From contig OX597821.1 of the NCBI GenBank assembly GCA_951406725.2, forward strand, positions 70,308,001 through 70,372,000: DNA of 64,000 bases. The letters are read 5' to 3'. A model generated the notes under the pieces. The model was not told the DNA's origin. It saw only the letters and a list, made by a program, of their open reading frames with translations, and did no database searches. The position numbers and the translations under genes were made by a program. The DNA is from Octopus vulgaris. Taxonomy: Eukaryota. Each line of letters starts with the position of its first letter. Position 1 is the stretch's first letter. Shown here piece by piece: positions 1-14,830 of the stretch.

Positions 1-305
1 CAAATTCTGCCGAGGTCGACTTTGCCTTTCATCCGTTCGGGGTCGATGAAAAAAGGGCTAGTCGAGCACTGGGACCAATTTAATCGACCAGTCACCTCCC
101 CACACATTTCCGGACTTGTGCCTAGAGACGAAAGGATTATTAATACGTACGTGAGGTGACGATCTGGCAGATCGTTAGCACTCCGGATAAGAATTTACCG
201 ACATATCGTCCGTTTTTACGTTCTGAGCTCAAATTCCGCCGATGTAATCAACTTAACCCCCACCCCTCACTATTGCTGGCCATGTGTCAAAATTTGAAAC
301 CATCA
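1..305 (+). mobile_element. Two fragments of tRNA-derived SINE family B (octopus OK/OR-type)
   Basis: Motifs 'ttctgagytcaaattcygccgaggtcgactttgcctttcatcc...ggggtcgat...taatcgac' are shared with the fuller copy at 39260-39490. Confidence 0.75.
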
Positions 306-444
306 TTAGTATGTATGTGTATGTGTTTCTGGGCATGTAGGTGTTCCGTTCTGTGTGTGTGTGAGTGCGCGCATGTGTGTGTGCATGTGTGTGAGTGTAT
401 GCGTGTGTGTGTGTGTGTGTGCGCGTTTAATTATATATATACAT

Positions 445-508
<64 letters not shown>

Positions 509-739
509 ATGTATATGTATATATATATATATGAACATATATATATCTATATATATATATATATATATATATCATTGTTCAGTTTTGTTTAAATATTTCT
601 TGACAGTAGAGAAGGAACCGGTTTCTAACCTAGATCCAAATACCCTTTATTGGAATTTCAACACCAACAACAGGGTATTTTTGTATGTATGTACGTACGT
701 ATGTATGTACGTACGTATGTATACGTGAATGTATATGTG

Positions 740-1180
740 CAGATTTGTATGTATTGTCATGCATATAGTTGCATATCTAGACTTGCTCAGATATATTTTG
801 ATGATAAACTTCTGGAAAGTTTTACAGATTTTTACAGTTCCAGTAATGGATTGCAGTCTTCGAATTAGCTTTCTCTTTTCTGGTTTTGAGAAGCCTAATC
901 TCTCAAGATTGGTATTTAGGCAGTGTGTTACATATCCCAGAGCCCCAGTCATCACAGGTATAAACCTGAACTTGGAATCTGGATAGAGTAACTGCAGATT
1001 TCTCAATAGTTCATCATAGGTGTTCTCTTGTCCATTCATTTACATCTTTATTTTAACCTCTGCTTGGCAGCTAATTTCCACAACTGTTCACAGTTTCTCT
1101 TCTCTATCCAATTTCATTATATCAGGTCTGTTTTATTGAGGTCTTCACTGGCACATTCCACCATGTTGTGCTTACATTTA
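740..1180 (-). mobile_element. R4/Dong-clade non-LTR retrotransposon 3' fragment (restriction-like endonuclease)
   Basis: Peptides YDELLRNLQLLYPDSKFRFIPVMTGALG and ITGTVKICKTF; embedded in (CATA)n. Confidence 0.8.
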
Positions 1181-1424
1181 TTGTATGTATGTATGTATGT
1201 ATGTATGTATGTATGTATGTATGTATGTATGTATGTATGTATGTATGTATGTGTGTATGCATGTATGTATGTATGTATGTATGTATGTATGTATGTATAT
1301 ATGTATGTATGCATGCAGGCATGCATGTATGTATGTATATATATGTATGTCTGTACATACATACATGCATATACAAATATAAAAGCATGCATATAATGCA
1401 TAAATACACACACACACACATATA

Positions 1425-1565
1425 TTTTAGCCTCTGCTTGGCACCTAATTTCCACAACTGTACACAGTTTCTCTTCTCTATCCAATTTCATTATATCAGG
1501 TCTGTTGTGCTTAAATTTTATTGTGGTCTTCACTGGCACATTCCACGATGTTGTGCTTACATTTT
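1425..1565 (-). mobile_element. Duplicated R4/Dong endonuclease fragment
   Basis: HNRPDIMKLDREEKLCTVVEI (PD..D..E motif); near-copy of 1050-1180. Confidence 0.8.
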
Positions 1566-2559
1566 ATTGTATGTATGTATGTCTGTATGTATGTATGTAT
1601 GTATGTATGTATGTATGTATGTATGTATGTATGAATGTATGTATGTATGTATGTATGTATGTATGAATGTATGTATGTATGTATGTATGTATGTGTGTAT
1701 GCACGTGTGTATGTATGTATATATGTATATATGTATGTATGCATGCATGCAGGCATGCATGTATGTATGTATATATATATATGTATGTCTGTACATACAC
1801 ACATACATGCATATACAAATATAAAAGCATGCATATAATGCATAAATACACACACACACGCACATATATTTACTTTTACATATGCGTATGAGAGTGTACA
1901 TAGGTTTGTAAATATATTTGTGCCGCTGCATGTGCTCGCGAGCCTGCGCCGCCAACGTTTATGTATGTGTGAGAACGTGTCCATTTGTGTGTGGGCACGT
2001 GCGCATGCTTATGAATGTGTATACAAGTGTGCTTCTTTACATGTTAACATTGTAAGTGTCTTAAGCTTGTGCAAGTAATATTTTCCATAGAGAGGAAGTT
2101 GATATTTTGTACTTTGTAGAAAATATATATTTTTTATTATTCTCATTATTATTATTATTATTATCTGCTTCTGTTTTCAATTTAGAGTTTCTTTTTGAAT
2201 TGCTACACACACATTAACAAATACATATATACATACACACACAAAATATTTACATATAAGCGTGTATATATACATATGTATGCATATATATATATATATA
2301 TATATATATCATACACATATATATATATAAATACATATGTATAGATATATATGTAACATCTATACATATATACATTCACGTTTATAAATGCATGGACACA
2401 CGCAAGTAACTATATGTATTAAAATGCCCGCTCTCACACACACACATATGTATATATTTATATGCTTATATATATATATATATCATGAGTATATATACAC
2501 ACACACATACACATATATATATATATAGATATATGAACAAATATATATATATGAGCATT

Positions 2560-2608
<49 letters not shown>

Positions 2609-2896
2609 AGCATATATACACGTATACACACACACACATACACATATGCTCATTTCTTATACATATTTATTCCTCAATACAAATTAACGTTTTATTTCAT
2701 ATATCTTCTCAATATTTAATATATGCAGCGTCGTTATTGATTTTGTGTTTATGGGTTAAAAAATTGATTTTTAACATAAAATGAAAAGGGAAATAAGATG
2801 ACAAAGCTCATACACATAACGCATACGTTCATGCACGCACACACACACATACACACAACGTCACACACATATATAACACGCACACACACGCAAATA

Positions 2897-2931
<35 letters not shown>

Positions 2932-3261
2932 TAGAGATATATTGGTGTTTGTGTGTACGTGTATGTAGGTGTGAGCGAATGCGTGAGTACATGCGCCTAC
3001 GAAAGAATGAAGAGAAATATATGCAAATATAAGATATAAAATATTTATATCCTAAATATTTCTCTATATTCAAACGTCTGTGCGTACACACACACACGCG
3101 CGCGCGCGCGCATACACACAGGCACACATATGCTGGTAGGTGTGTGTTCGTATATGCGGCTAAGTATGTATAATATAATATATGAACATTCTCATAGCAT
3201 ACTCACTGAAAGAGTGGTAGTAAACACATATTTATGTGCCTAATTATATAGGTATATGCAT

Positions 3262-3308
<47 letters not shown>

Positions 3309-3684
3309 CGCATGAATATATACATATATATATATGCATATAGGTATACATATATATACATATATATACACACATATATATACATATATATAAAGTATAT
3401 ATACATGTATATGTATGAGTATGCTATATATATACACCTATATCTATATGCATATATATGTATATATATGTATACACATATATACGTATATATCGACACA
3501 TATATACATACGTATGCATACGTATATATATATATACATATATGTATGTATATGCGTATGCATATGTATATATATGCTTATATATACATATATATATACA
3601 CATACATATATATACATATATATATATATACATATACATATATATACATATATACATGTATGTATGCATATATATATCTATATC

Positions 3685-3716
<32 letters not shown>

Positions 3717-3762
3717 AATAGATAGATAGATAGATTGAAAGAGAAACTACACACATACACAC

Positions 3763-3795
<33 letters not shown>

Positions 3796-4253
3796 CTTAT
3801 ATGTTCTCCAATTTATACAAGTAGTGTATATACATGTAAATTTTTCTCAACTTTATAAAAATTTTATCGCCCAAAATTGAAAGAAGATAACTAACTTGGG
3901 CCTCCATACATATTCATGAACAGTGAGAACTTGGGGCAATGAGCTTTTTTCAACACTGATCGCCTTTACCGATTCGAATATAGATTGCTATGTCTGATTC
4001 CATCTCGTTATGCATGTAATCCTAATAATAGGAGTGTGACTCTATGTTAGAATGTGTATAAGGATGTATAAGTGCATATATGTATGTGTGTGTGTGTTTG
4101 TATGTATATGTATATTTATTTGTCTATCTATTTGTATATCTATGCACGTATGTATTTATGTATGCAGTGTATCTCTGTATATATGTGTGTTTGTGTGTGA
4201 GCATATATATAATGTATATATACGTGTGTGTAAGTATGTATCTATGTATATAT

Positions 4254-4332
<79 letters not shown>

Positions 4333-4364
4333 TATGTGTATATACATATACACATATATATGTA

Positions 4365-4416
<52 letters not shown>

Positions 4417-5008
4417 TGTGCGTGTGTGTGTATACACAGACACACAGGCGACTTCAATTTTAAAAGGCGGTGCTCGAGCATGGCCGCAGTCAAATGACTG
4501 AAACAAGTAAATGAATAAAAGAGTAAAAGAACATATATGTATATATATATATATAGCATATAAATGTATATATATCTATGTATGTTTATATACTAAATAT
4601 ATTGAAAGGCATGCATGTATGTATAATCTCATGTACACACGACATTCCCTGACCGTCTTTATATTCTTTATATTCTTCCAGAAGAATCTTTTCAGAGATG
4701 TTTCAGCATTTGAACTGTTAATTCTTTCCCCCACCCAACAAAGCTCAAGGACTTTTTATTTCAGGCTCCACCCCAGACATGTCACCACTTTACATTTCCC
4801 TAAACCATTGAAGTAAATCTCGGCGTCTTCAACCAATTTTATTCCATTTCACTTGATATTCTTTAATCTTTAAATTTACGCCTCGTTCCTCGCCTTTCAT
4901 AGAATCATTAGAAGACAACTTAATCTTGTACCGTCATATCTGTGTTTGTGTGTATTTGTGTATTTGTAAGTGTATGCATGTGTGTGTAGATATGTGCATA
5001 TATATATC

Positions 5009-5090
<82 letters not shown>

Positions 5091-5177
5091 CATATATGCA
5101 TATATATATATACATACACATACACACGTATATATGTATATGCATATATACATAAATATATATACATATATATGCAC

Positions 5178-5232
<55 letters not shown>

Positions 5233-5657
5233 TATCTACATACATGCAGGCATAGATGCATACATTCAAATGTATGTGTCAAGAACAACAGAAAACTTAT
5301 TCAACACCGAGTGAAAGCGGGAATATATTTACTTCGTAGAATTCTTTTATATCACATTTGCACTCTCAACGGATGGTAGCTTGAGAAGTTTCTAATTTAT
5401 ACACACACGCGCGCGCGCGCGCCCTGAGTAAGTAATTATTAAATGCTCACACATTTTGTACTGTCGAAGAATAAAGATGAGATTATTCAATTTATTCTCT
5501 ATAATGTATGACATGTGTAAATTAAATGCTTTCCTCACTGGTGGAATTTCAAATAAATTTTTCCGTTCTCACCTGAAGATCGCTTTAGCGTGAAACGAAA
5601 GCCTCTCGACAGAAATTCATTCCAAATAAACTATCTATGCGTGCGCGTATGCACATG

Positions 5658-5689
<32 letters not shown>

Positions 5690-6061
5690 CATGTATGTAT
5701 GTATGTATGTATGTATGTATGTATGTATGTATGTATGTATGTATGTATGTGTGTATGTATGTATGTATGTATGTATGTATATATATATATATATATATAC
5801 GTGAGTGCTTCTATGTTTGAGTGAAGTGACAGAGAGGGAATTAGTAGAAGTAGCAGAAGAAATAGAATAATACATGAATATATACTAATTTTTTAAAATT
5901 TCTTTTAATGGACAAGTGTTACGAAAGTGCCACAGGCGCCAAAAGTTCGTATTGTTTGATTAGTGACTTATACGTATCTCTCGGCACTCATGTAACAGTT
6001 GTATATGTGTGTGTGTGTGTTTGCATTTATGCATATATAGATAGAGAGATAGATAGATAAT

Positions 6062-6145
<84 letters not shown>

Positions 6146-6328
6146 CGTGTACATGTATATTATACTTTTACAAGAACATAGCTGATAGCGACTTCGAAGT
6201 TTCGACCTGCTAATCACTGTCACCTTTCTTGTAAAAGTATAGGTACTCTACAATAAAGTGATGAGTAATTCTGCAGTTTAATCTTTGTTTTATTAGAACT
6301 CGACAAAATGTGTATGTATGTATGTATG

Positions 6329-6377
<49 letters not shown>

Positions 6378-7328
6378 AATCCAAACGGGAAAACAAAAAA
6401 ACAACAACACGTGGAACAATTACAGTATTATTATTAATAGGCGCTCAGGAAATATGGAAGCAGGAAGGTATGACGTTTCGAGCGGAGCTCTTCGTCGGAA
6501 ACATAAAGAAGGAAGAGAGAGGAAAGAAAGATCCCAAAGTGGGCAACAAGAGATGGAGAAAAAAAACGACTGGTGTTTACGAAGTACACATGGTGAAAGG
6601 CGGAAGTTTACGATAACAAGAGCAAAGTAGGTTTTTAAAGCCATATACATATATATATATATATATAATAAGAATTATAACAATAATATCGGGATGGAAT
6701 TTATAGATATTTTATACATCGCTATGTACGTTTCCACAGATCAAATGATTTTGACATCAGACTCGGTAATCCTTGGGATTAGCAGAATATAGTCCGTATT
6801 ATCCGTAGTGGTTTTAAGTCTGTTTCACCTTTTTAGATTTCAATTTTATATAAAGAGGAGAAGCAAACTTACTATAAACCACTTTTTTTGTTATTTTTTA
6901 TTTGCCCTGTCCGTGTGAGCTAACAATCGTACTGACTTTCATGGGAAACATGTATTTTCGTGGTTGAAACCTTTTGGATTAACTGGTGCTAGAGTGAGCC
7001 ATATAGTGACCACTCTCTTATATTTATTTTGTAAAAATATTATAATATGTTATAAAATATTATAATAATCCAGGTTTCTCGTAGCACTAGGCCACTTGGT
7101 GTTGAATAGATATACTATTAAATTAGTATCTAATTCTCTCACCCTTATTAATTAATTATAATTATGCTGCATTTATTTCTAAATGCTGTATTTGTTTTCC
7201 GTGAGAGTTTGGCGCGCTGTTAGTTGGGGCATTTGAATTATAACGTCGGATGTAATCAATTGAACCACACGCGTATTTATCGTTATGGTAAAATCTGGCG
7301 TGTGATTGAGTGGATTTCATCCAGATAG

Positions 7329-7411
7329 TTTTGGCTGACGAGCTACAAATGGATTTTTTTTGTAAGTAAAATTACATTTAATTCATTAATAGCGAAACAA
7401 TTGTCCCAAAA
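7329..7411 (+). ncRNA. Type I hammerhead ribozyme, copy 1
   Basis: TTTTGG-CTGACGA-GCTA...TAGC-GAAA-CAATTG-TC^-CCAAAA; all core nucleotides present; GUC cleavage after 7405. Confidence 0.9.
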
Positions 7412-7864
7412 TAATCTGTATTTTTGTTATTTTTTATTTGCCCTGTCCGTGTGAGCTAACAATCGTACTGACTTTCATGGGAAACATGTATTTTCGTGGT
7501 TGAAACCTTTTGGATTAACTGGTGCTAGAGTGAGCCATATAGTGACCACTCTCTTATATTTATTTTGTAAAAATATTATAATATGTTATAAAATATTATA
7601 ATAATCCAGGTTTCTCGTAGCACTAGGCCACTTGGTGTTGAATAGATATACTATTAAATTAGTATCTAATTCTCTCACCCTTATTAATTAATTATAATTA
7701 TGCTGCATTTATTTCTAAATGCTGTATTTGTTTTCCGTGAAAGTTTGGCGCGCTGTTAGTTGGGGCATTTGAATTATAACGTCGGATGTAATCAATTGAA
7801 CCACACGCGTATTTATCGTTATGGTAAAATCTGGCGTGTGATTGAGTGGATTTCATCCAGATAG

Positions 7865-7947
7865 TTTTGGCTGACGAGCTACAAATGGATTTTTTTTGTA
7901 AGTAAAATTACATTTAATTCATTAATAGCGAAACAATTGTCCCAAAA
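7865..7947 (+). ncRNA. Type I hammerhead ribozyme, copy 2
   Basis: Identical motif; cleavage after 7941. Confidence 0.9.
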
Positions 7948-8400
7948 TAATCTGTATTTTTGTTATTTTTTATTTGCCCTGTCCGTGTGAGCTAACAATC
8001 GTACTGACTTTCATGGGAAACATGTATTTTCGTGGTTGAAACCTTTTGGATTAACTGGTGCTAGAGTGAGCCATATAGTGACCACTCTCTTATATTTATT
8101 TTGTAAAAATATTATAATATGTTATAAAATATTATAATAATCCAGGTTTCTCGTAGCACTAGGCCACTTGGTGTTGAATAGATATACTATTAAATTAGTA
8201 TCTAATTCTCTCACCCTTATTAATTAATTATAATTATGCTGCATTTATTTCTAAATGCTGTATTTGTTTTCCGTGAAAGTTTGGCGCGCTGTTAGTTGGG
8301 GCATTTGAATTATAACGTCGGATGTAATCAATTGAACCACACGCGTATTTATCGTTATGGTAAAATCTGGCGTGTGATTGAGTGGATTTCATCCAGATAG

Positions 8401-8482
8401 TTTTGGCTGACGAGCTACAAATGGATTTTTTTGTAAGTAAAATTACATTTAATTCATTAATAGCGAAACAATTGTCCCAAAA
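8401..8482 (+). ncRNA. Type I hammerhead ribozyme, copy 3
   Basis: Same motif with one T fewer in the stem II insert; cleavage after 8476. Confidence 0.9.
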
Positions 8483-8758
8483 TAATCTGTATTTTTGTTA
8501 TTTTTTATTTGCCCTGTCCGTGTGAGCTAACAATCGTACTGACTTTCATGGGAAACATGTATTTTCGTGGTTGAAACCTTTTGGATTAACTGGTGCTAGA
8601 GTGAGCCATATAGTGACCACTCTCTTATATTTATTTTGTAAAAATATTATAATATGTTATAAAATATTATAATAATCCAGGTTTCTCGTAGCACTAGGCC
8701 ACTTGGTGTTGAATAGATATACTATTAAATTAGTATCTAATTCTCTCACCCTTATTAA

Positions 8759-8825
<67 letters not shown>

Positions 8826-9577
8826 GGAAATTAAAATTCATGGCCGGTGACCAATGCTTTCGAACCTATGAAGCGCTTAGCAGTGTAGGTGACTAGTCAG
8901 ACTGAAATGGATGAAGGCGAATAAATTCTCCACGACTGGAGGAAGAAATACGTAACGGTCAGTTGGTTTTTGTAGACAAAATATAATTGTTAGTGTTACA
9001 TGGGTTCTGGCCATGGTGATATGCGAAGGAGCTGTGACGGGACTATCTACCGAATGGGGAATTCTAAATTTGAAGTAGGAAGCTTTTTAAATGATTGTAT
9101 TGACTGAATACCTCTTTCCTGGAGTTTGAAAAGTTTTCCAGGTTGAGGGAGTTTGTCAGTAATTATCAGCAGGGAAGAATATTTAATCGGTTGAAAAAAT
9201 ATCTTCCAAAACATTCCAAATATCTGACTCACAGACACTGACTGGACTTTTCCATTCCGATAATTCTTCTAGCAAATCAATTATTTTAGAGAACATTGCA
9301 AAATGTTTGTAACTATGATTAGGTATAGTATTCATTTTCTCTTCCTTTAGTCTCTGGTGAGCTCTCCCCGAATCTTCATCCATCTCGGCCGCCTATCATG
9401 GAAGTTCAGGGCTTTTTTTTTATAGCTGTTTTCTCTTCTCTTAGGGCAATTGCAATGCAGTTTAAAGGCTGGCCATGGCATCAGGACTAGAATCACCTTC
9501 GCCATATCTCTCACGAATAAAGTCTAAAAGAGAATTAAATCACAACGTCGAGACTACATCGTTGTATCCACTGTGGA

Positions 9578-9594
9578 GTAGTAGCAGTAGTAGC

Positions 9595-9641
<47 letters not shown>

Positions 9642-9704
9642 CAGCAGCAGCAGCAGCAGCAGCAGCGGCGGCGGCGGCGGTCGTGGTGGTGGTGGTGGTG
9701 GTGG
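9578..9704. repeat. Compound trinucleotide repeat (AGT/AGC/GGC/GGT)
   Basis: Directly visible. Confidence 0.95.
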
Positions 9705-10131
9705 TTGAGATTGTATTTATTGTTTGGCATCTGATTATTCCTAGCCCAGTGCATCTAAGAACAAAGGCTCTCCAACTATAGCCAACCAGTCGATTAACAA
9801 ATATAATGCCTCTTGCACTCCCAATCCTTCCGCTATTTATGAAACTATAATGTAATTTAACACAGGTTTAGCTGCTATAGTCTGCATGTTGTGTGACTAC
9901 GTTGAGGTTTCTTACCAGAAAATCCTTCGCCATAGATGTGACCGAGGCTAGATACATATAATGGTGAGGCCGACGTTTCCATAGACGGCGTTAATTAGGA
10001 TTTCTATTGAATGTGGTGGCGAAAATACGCACTAGCTTTCAGATATTACATTATCTATCTTTCTGTGTGTGTATGTATGCATCTATCTCTCTATCTACTA
10101 ATCCGTCCATCTATCCATCAATCTATCAAGC

Positions 10132-10285
10132 AGTGTGGTAAGTAGCTTGCTTACCAACCACATGGATCCGGGTTCAGTCCCACTGCGTGACACCTTGAAC
10201 AAGTGTCTTCTACAATAGCCTCGGGCCGACCAAAGCCTTGTGAGTGGATTTGGTAGACGGAAACTGAAAAAAGCACGTCGTATAT

Positions 10286-10328
<43 letters not shown>

Positions 10329-10505
10329 TGTGGTCTGTGTTCGTCCTCCCACCATCGCCTGACAACTGATGCTGGTGTGTTTACGTCACCGTAATTTAGC
10401 AAAAGAGGTCAGGAGAATAAGTACTAGGCTTACAAAGAATAAATCGTGGGGGTCGATTTGCTCGACTAAAGGCACTGCTACAACTAAAGCAAATAAAAGA
10501 ATAAA
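10132..10505 (+). mobile_element. tRNA-derived SINE family A with internal (TG)n
   Basis: Head gtgtggtaagtagcttgc...ccgggttcagtccc, tail ggggtcgatttgctcgactaaaggc; matches 34633-35017. Confidence 0.85.
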
Positions 10506-10600
10506 ATAATTTATATATGTATGTATGTATGTGTGTATACATATATGTATTTATATATAATGTATGCTGATATATATTTATATAGTTTGTAGTGATTCGA

Positions 10601-10663
<63 letters not shown>

Positions 10664-11309
10664 CAGCAGCAGCAGCATAAGCAGCAGTTAGAATAATAAT
10701 CCGGCACTACAACCAAAACCAGCAGAGACACCAACAACACCAACGACAGTAGCGACATCGGCACCACTAGCAGCAGCAGCGGAAGCAAGAACAGCAGCAG
10801 CAGCAGCAGTAGCAGTAAATAGTTAGAAAGCGTATTAAATGCGATGTGTATTCGTAATTATACAAGATAAAATGAGATTTGCTTTGCAACTTGAAAGTTG
10901 AAAAGACTTTTAAATATCTGTTATATCATCGAAAGTATAATGACGTGTGTGTGTGTCGTTGTGACGGATAGATATTGATTGAGCGACAAAAGATATTAAG
11001 TGTCATGTATAATTTATAATAAGAAACTTTCATAATAACCCGAAAGCCGTCTGAAATCACTGGTGCAGCAAACAGAACAAACACTGAAGCTTCTCAATAA
11101 TTTCAAATATGGCAATGAATCAAATGATAACCACTGTCCGTTCGGTTTTGTCCAGATTAAGCTCTCATTCAAAATAGACCTTTTGTATTGCGTTATGGTG
11201 GACACCAAGTACTTAGGCTAAACACTTAAACATTAAACGTTACAGATCGACATAGTTTAATAGCTAAACAGCAAATGTCATCAGATCAATGCTATCTATC
11301 CAAATAGAT

Positions 11310-12560
<1,251 letters not shown>

Positions 12561-14648
12561 ATATGTAGATCACTGAATCAGATATCTTTGATAATCGTAT
12601 CGTTAAACGTAACGATTCAACGATGATACTTCCATCTACCTTTTGTTATATTTGATAAATTGCAAAACCGCATGAATCAACACTTTCTCGAGTTATTCAT
12701 TATTTGGCAGAGCAATATTTGGAGTTTATCTCTTTAACACTGTCCAAGACTTATTTTAATCTAAATACAAAAAGAACAATATAAATATGAAATAAAATAA
12801 ATGGCCGTTGTTATACGTTTTTCTTTCTAATTTAATTTAGACCTGTTTCTTGCGTCGTGTATGTTACACGAAACATTCGCCAATAACTGAGTTCGTGAAT
12901 TTAGCGGTTGAAAATTCTGGTTTCATGTTTTTAAATAATAGCAATGTTAGATTGTGAAGGCGCACGGCCTAATGTTTAGAGTGTAGCACATACGGTCGTA
13001 TGATTATTGTTTCGGTTTCCGGATCAGTCAACTTCCTGTATTCGCGTTTTTCAAGAAAAATGCTCCATTCCACGTTCTTCCATCCACTCAGCTGTAAATG
13101 AGTACCAGTAATTAGCCAGGGTAGTTAACCCTACAAAGGGATGGGGTCCTGTTCAGCAGTGAGTGTTGTAATCTTATTCACTTATAGCCATGGAATCTGG
13201 ATGAAGTTCCGGATTTATGAGTCCTCAGCAGAATCGTTGAAGTGGTGGCAAAAATCCTTTGCTTTATCTTTATGTTCCGAGTTCATATCGTGCCGAAGAT
13301 TACTTTGTCTTTCATATTTTTCGGATTATCGATAGAATAGTGTATTGTTGAAATATGGAGATCGATTGAATCAATGTTAAATTCTGCGATTTTGTACCAC
13401 ATTAGAAACCAGTGTTTGCAAAAACATGTTTAGATCGCCCAACAAATTGTAACTTGGGTTAACTTTAATTTTCATGTTGCTGATGTCAATAAAATAAGTT
13501 ACTCCCAAATAATGGATTCATCTAATCGACTTTACCACGCCACAGAAATGTGTGGTCTATAGTAGCATATGGCTTTTCTAGTCACCACGCGGTGTGTTAT
13601 CAGTCTCGACCTACTATTCTGGTGTAAGTCTAAACATACAAACTTTGGACTACTTCGATACGCAACAGAACTTGAAGTGACTCACCACAATTGCAGGCGT
13701 ATAAGATGCACCCCTTATCTTACATTTTGTGGGGAAAAATAGTGTTTCATCAGAAACTTATTGAAAGATATTTTAAATTGGTTTTGTAGTGAAAACGTAT
13801 GGTTCAGTTCATGTCAGTGTAATTCTGTGACAGAATACTGGCAAAAGGAATGAAAGCATAAATTTATTATGAATAAACTATATTATGAGGAAAATGCATT
13901 TCAGCTTATTTTTCAGATCAACTGTAGGATTGTTTCTATTTTGGTCAAGAGAATTACTCGTGGTTTTGGTCATCATGTTTTTTGTAACCCCGATCGGCCA
14001 CACTGGAGTGGTGCACCGACGATGATTTTGCTGTCATCCATTCATTACAAATAGCTGATCGGTGGAAGAAAGTCTAACATTCCTTTCATCTTCTTAGGAA
14101 AATGTTCATTTAGATTACTAAAAAAATGTTTTTAAAAGTAATATATTTATTAAATAATGTAAGACATAACTGCTTTTATAATCAAAAGAATCAGGCGCCA
14201 ACGGGTCAAGAACTGGCTCTTAACTTATTCAAGAGAAAGATTCTTTCGTTTTGGTTTCAAATTTTGGCACAAATTCATCGAGACTACTTGCTGAGAAATT
14301 CTGACTATAATATTAAGCGTTTATAGTTCTGTATATGTAGTAGTGATGTGACTTAAATCGGAAAATGTTTCCCGTTTGTAATGGCTCGCAATTTATCTGT
14401 GGGTATTGTTGTTGAATACCATCATGATTAGTTCTATATTGATGACACTGTGTAGCATTTTGCAGTTGTATCGCAGATTCAGGGACCAACAGACGTTTTG
14501 GTATGTTTACAATGAAAACAAAATGAGTTGTTCAGTAGAAAACTCAAATTTTAAAGACATTTGTAGAGTTGAATTCTTTGGAAAATTGAGAAGTGGATAA
14601 ATTCGATAAAATCAACTTAAAATACAAGATTGATATTTTTGGACTTCA

Positions 14649-14830
14649 AAGGCGGTGAGCTGGTAGAATTCTTAACGAGCTGAGAAAAATGCTTAGCGGC
14701 ATTTCGTCCGTCTTTACGTTCTGAGTTCAAATTCTACCGGGGTTGATAAAAAATGTTCCAGTTGAACGCTGGAATCAATGTAATCGACTTAACCCCGAAG
14801 TTGTTAGCTTTGAGCCAGAATTTGAAACCA
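14649..14830 (+). mobile_element. SINE family B, degenerate
   Basis: aaggcggtgagctggtagaa...ttctgagttcaaattc. Confidence 0.75.

Larger units (their letters stand above)
310..6670. repeat. Compound microsatellite field (TA, CA/TG, TATG/CATA, GATA)
   Basis: Directly visible; source of the many YI/CV/HT ORFs. Confidence 0.95.
6885..8767 (+). repeat. Tandem array of 536-bp units (~3.5 copies), each complete unit containing a hammerhead ribozyme (retrozyme-like)
   Basis: CTGACGA recurs at 7335, 7871 and 8407 (period 536); by eye the copies differ by about one substitution and one T-run length; array ends in (TA)n. Confidence 0.95.

Noticed and set aside
156-6419. Dozens of ORFs rich in YI/CV/HT/MYVC, here and throughout the window
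   Set aside because: They are translations of stop-free microsatellites
6720-6770. Minus-strand CTGATG...GAAACGTA hammerhead-like motif
   Set aside because: A9 is missing and there is no stem I pairing
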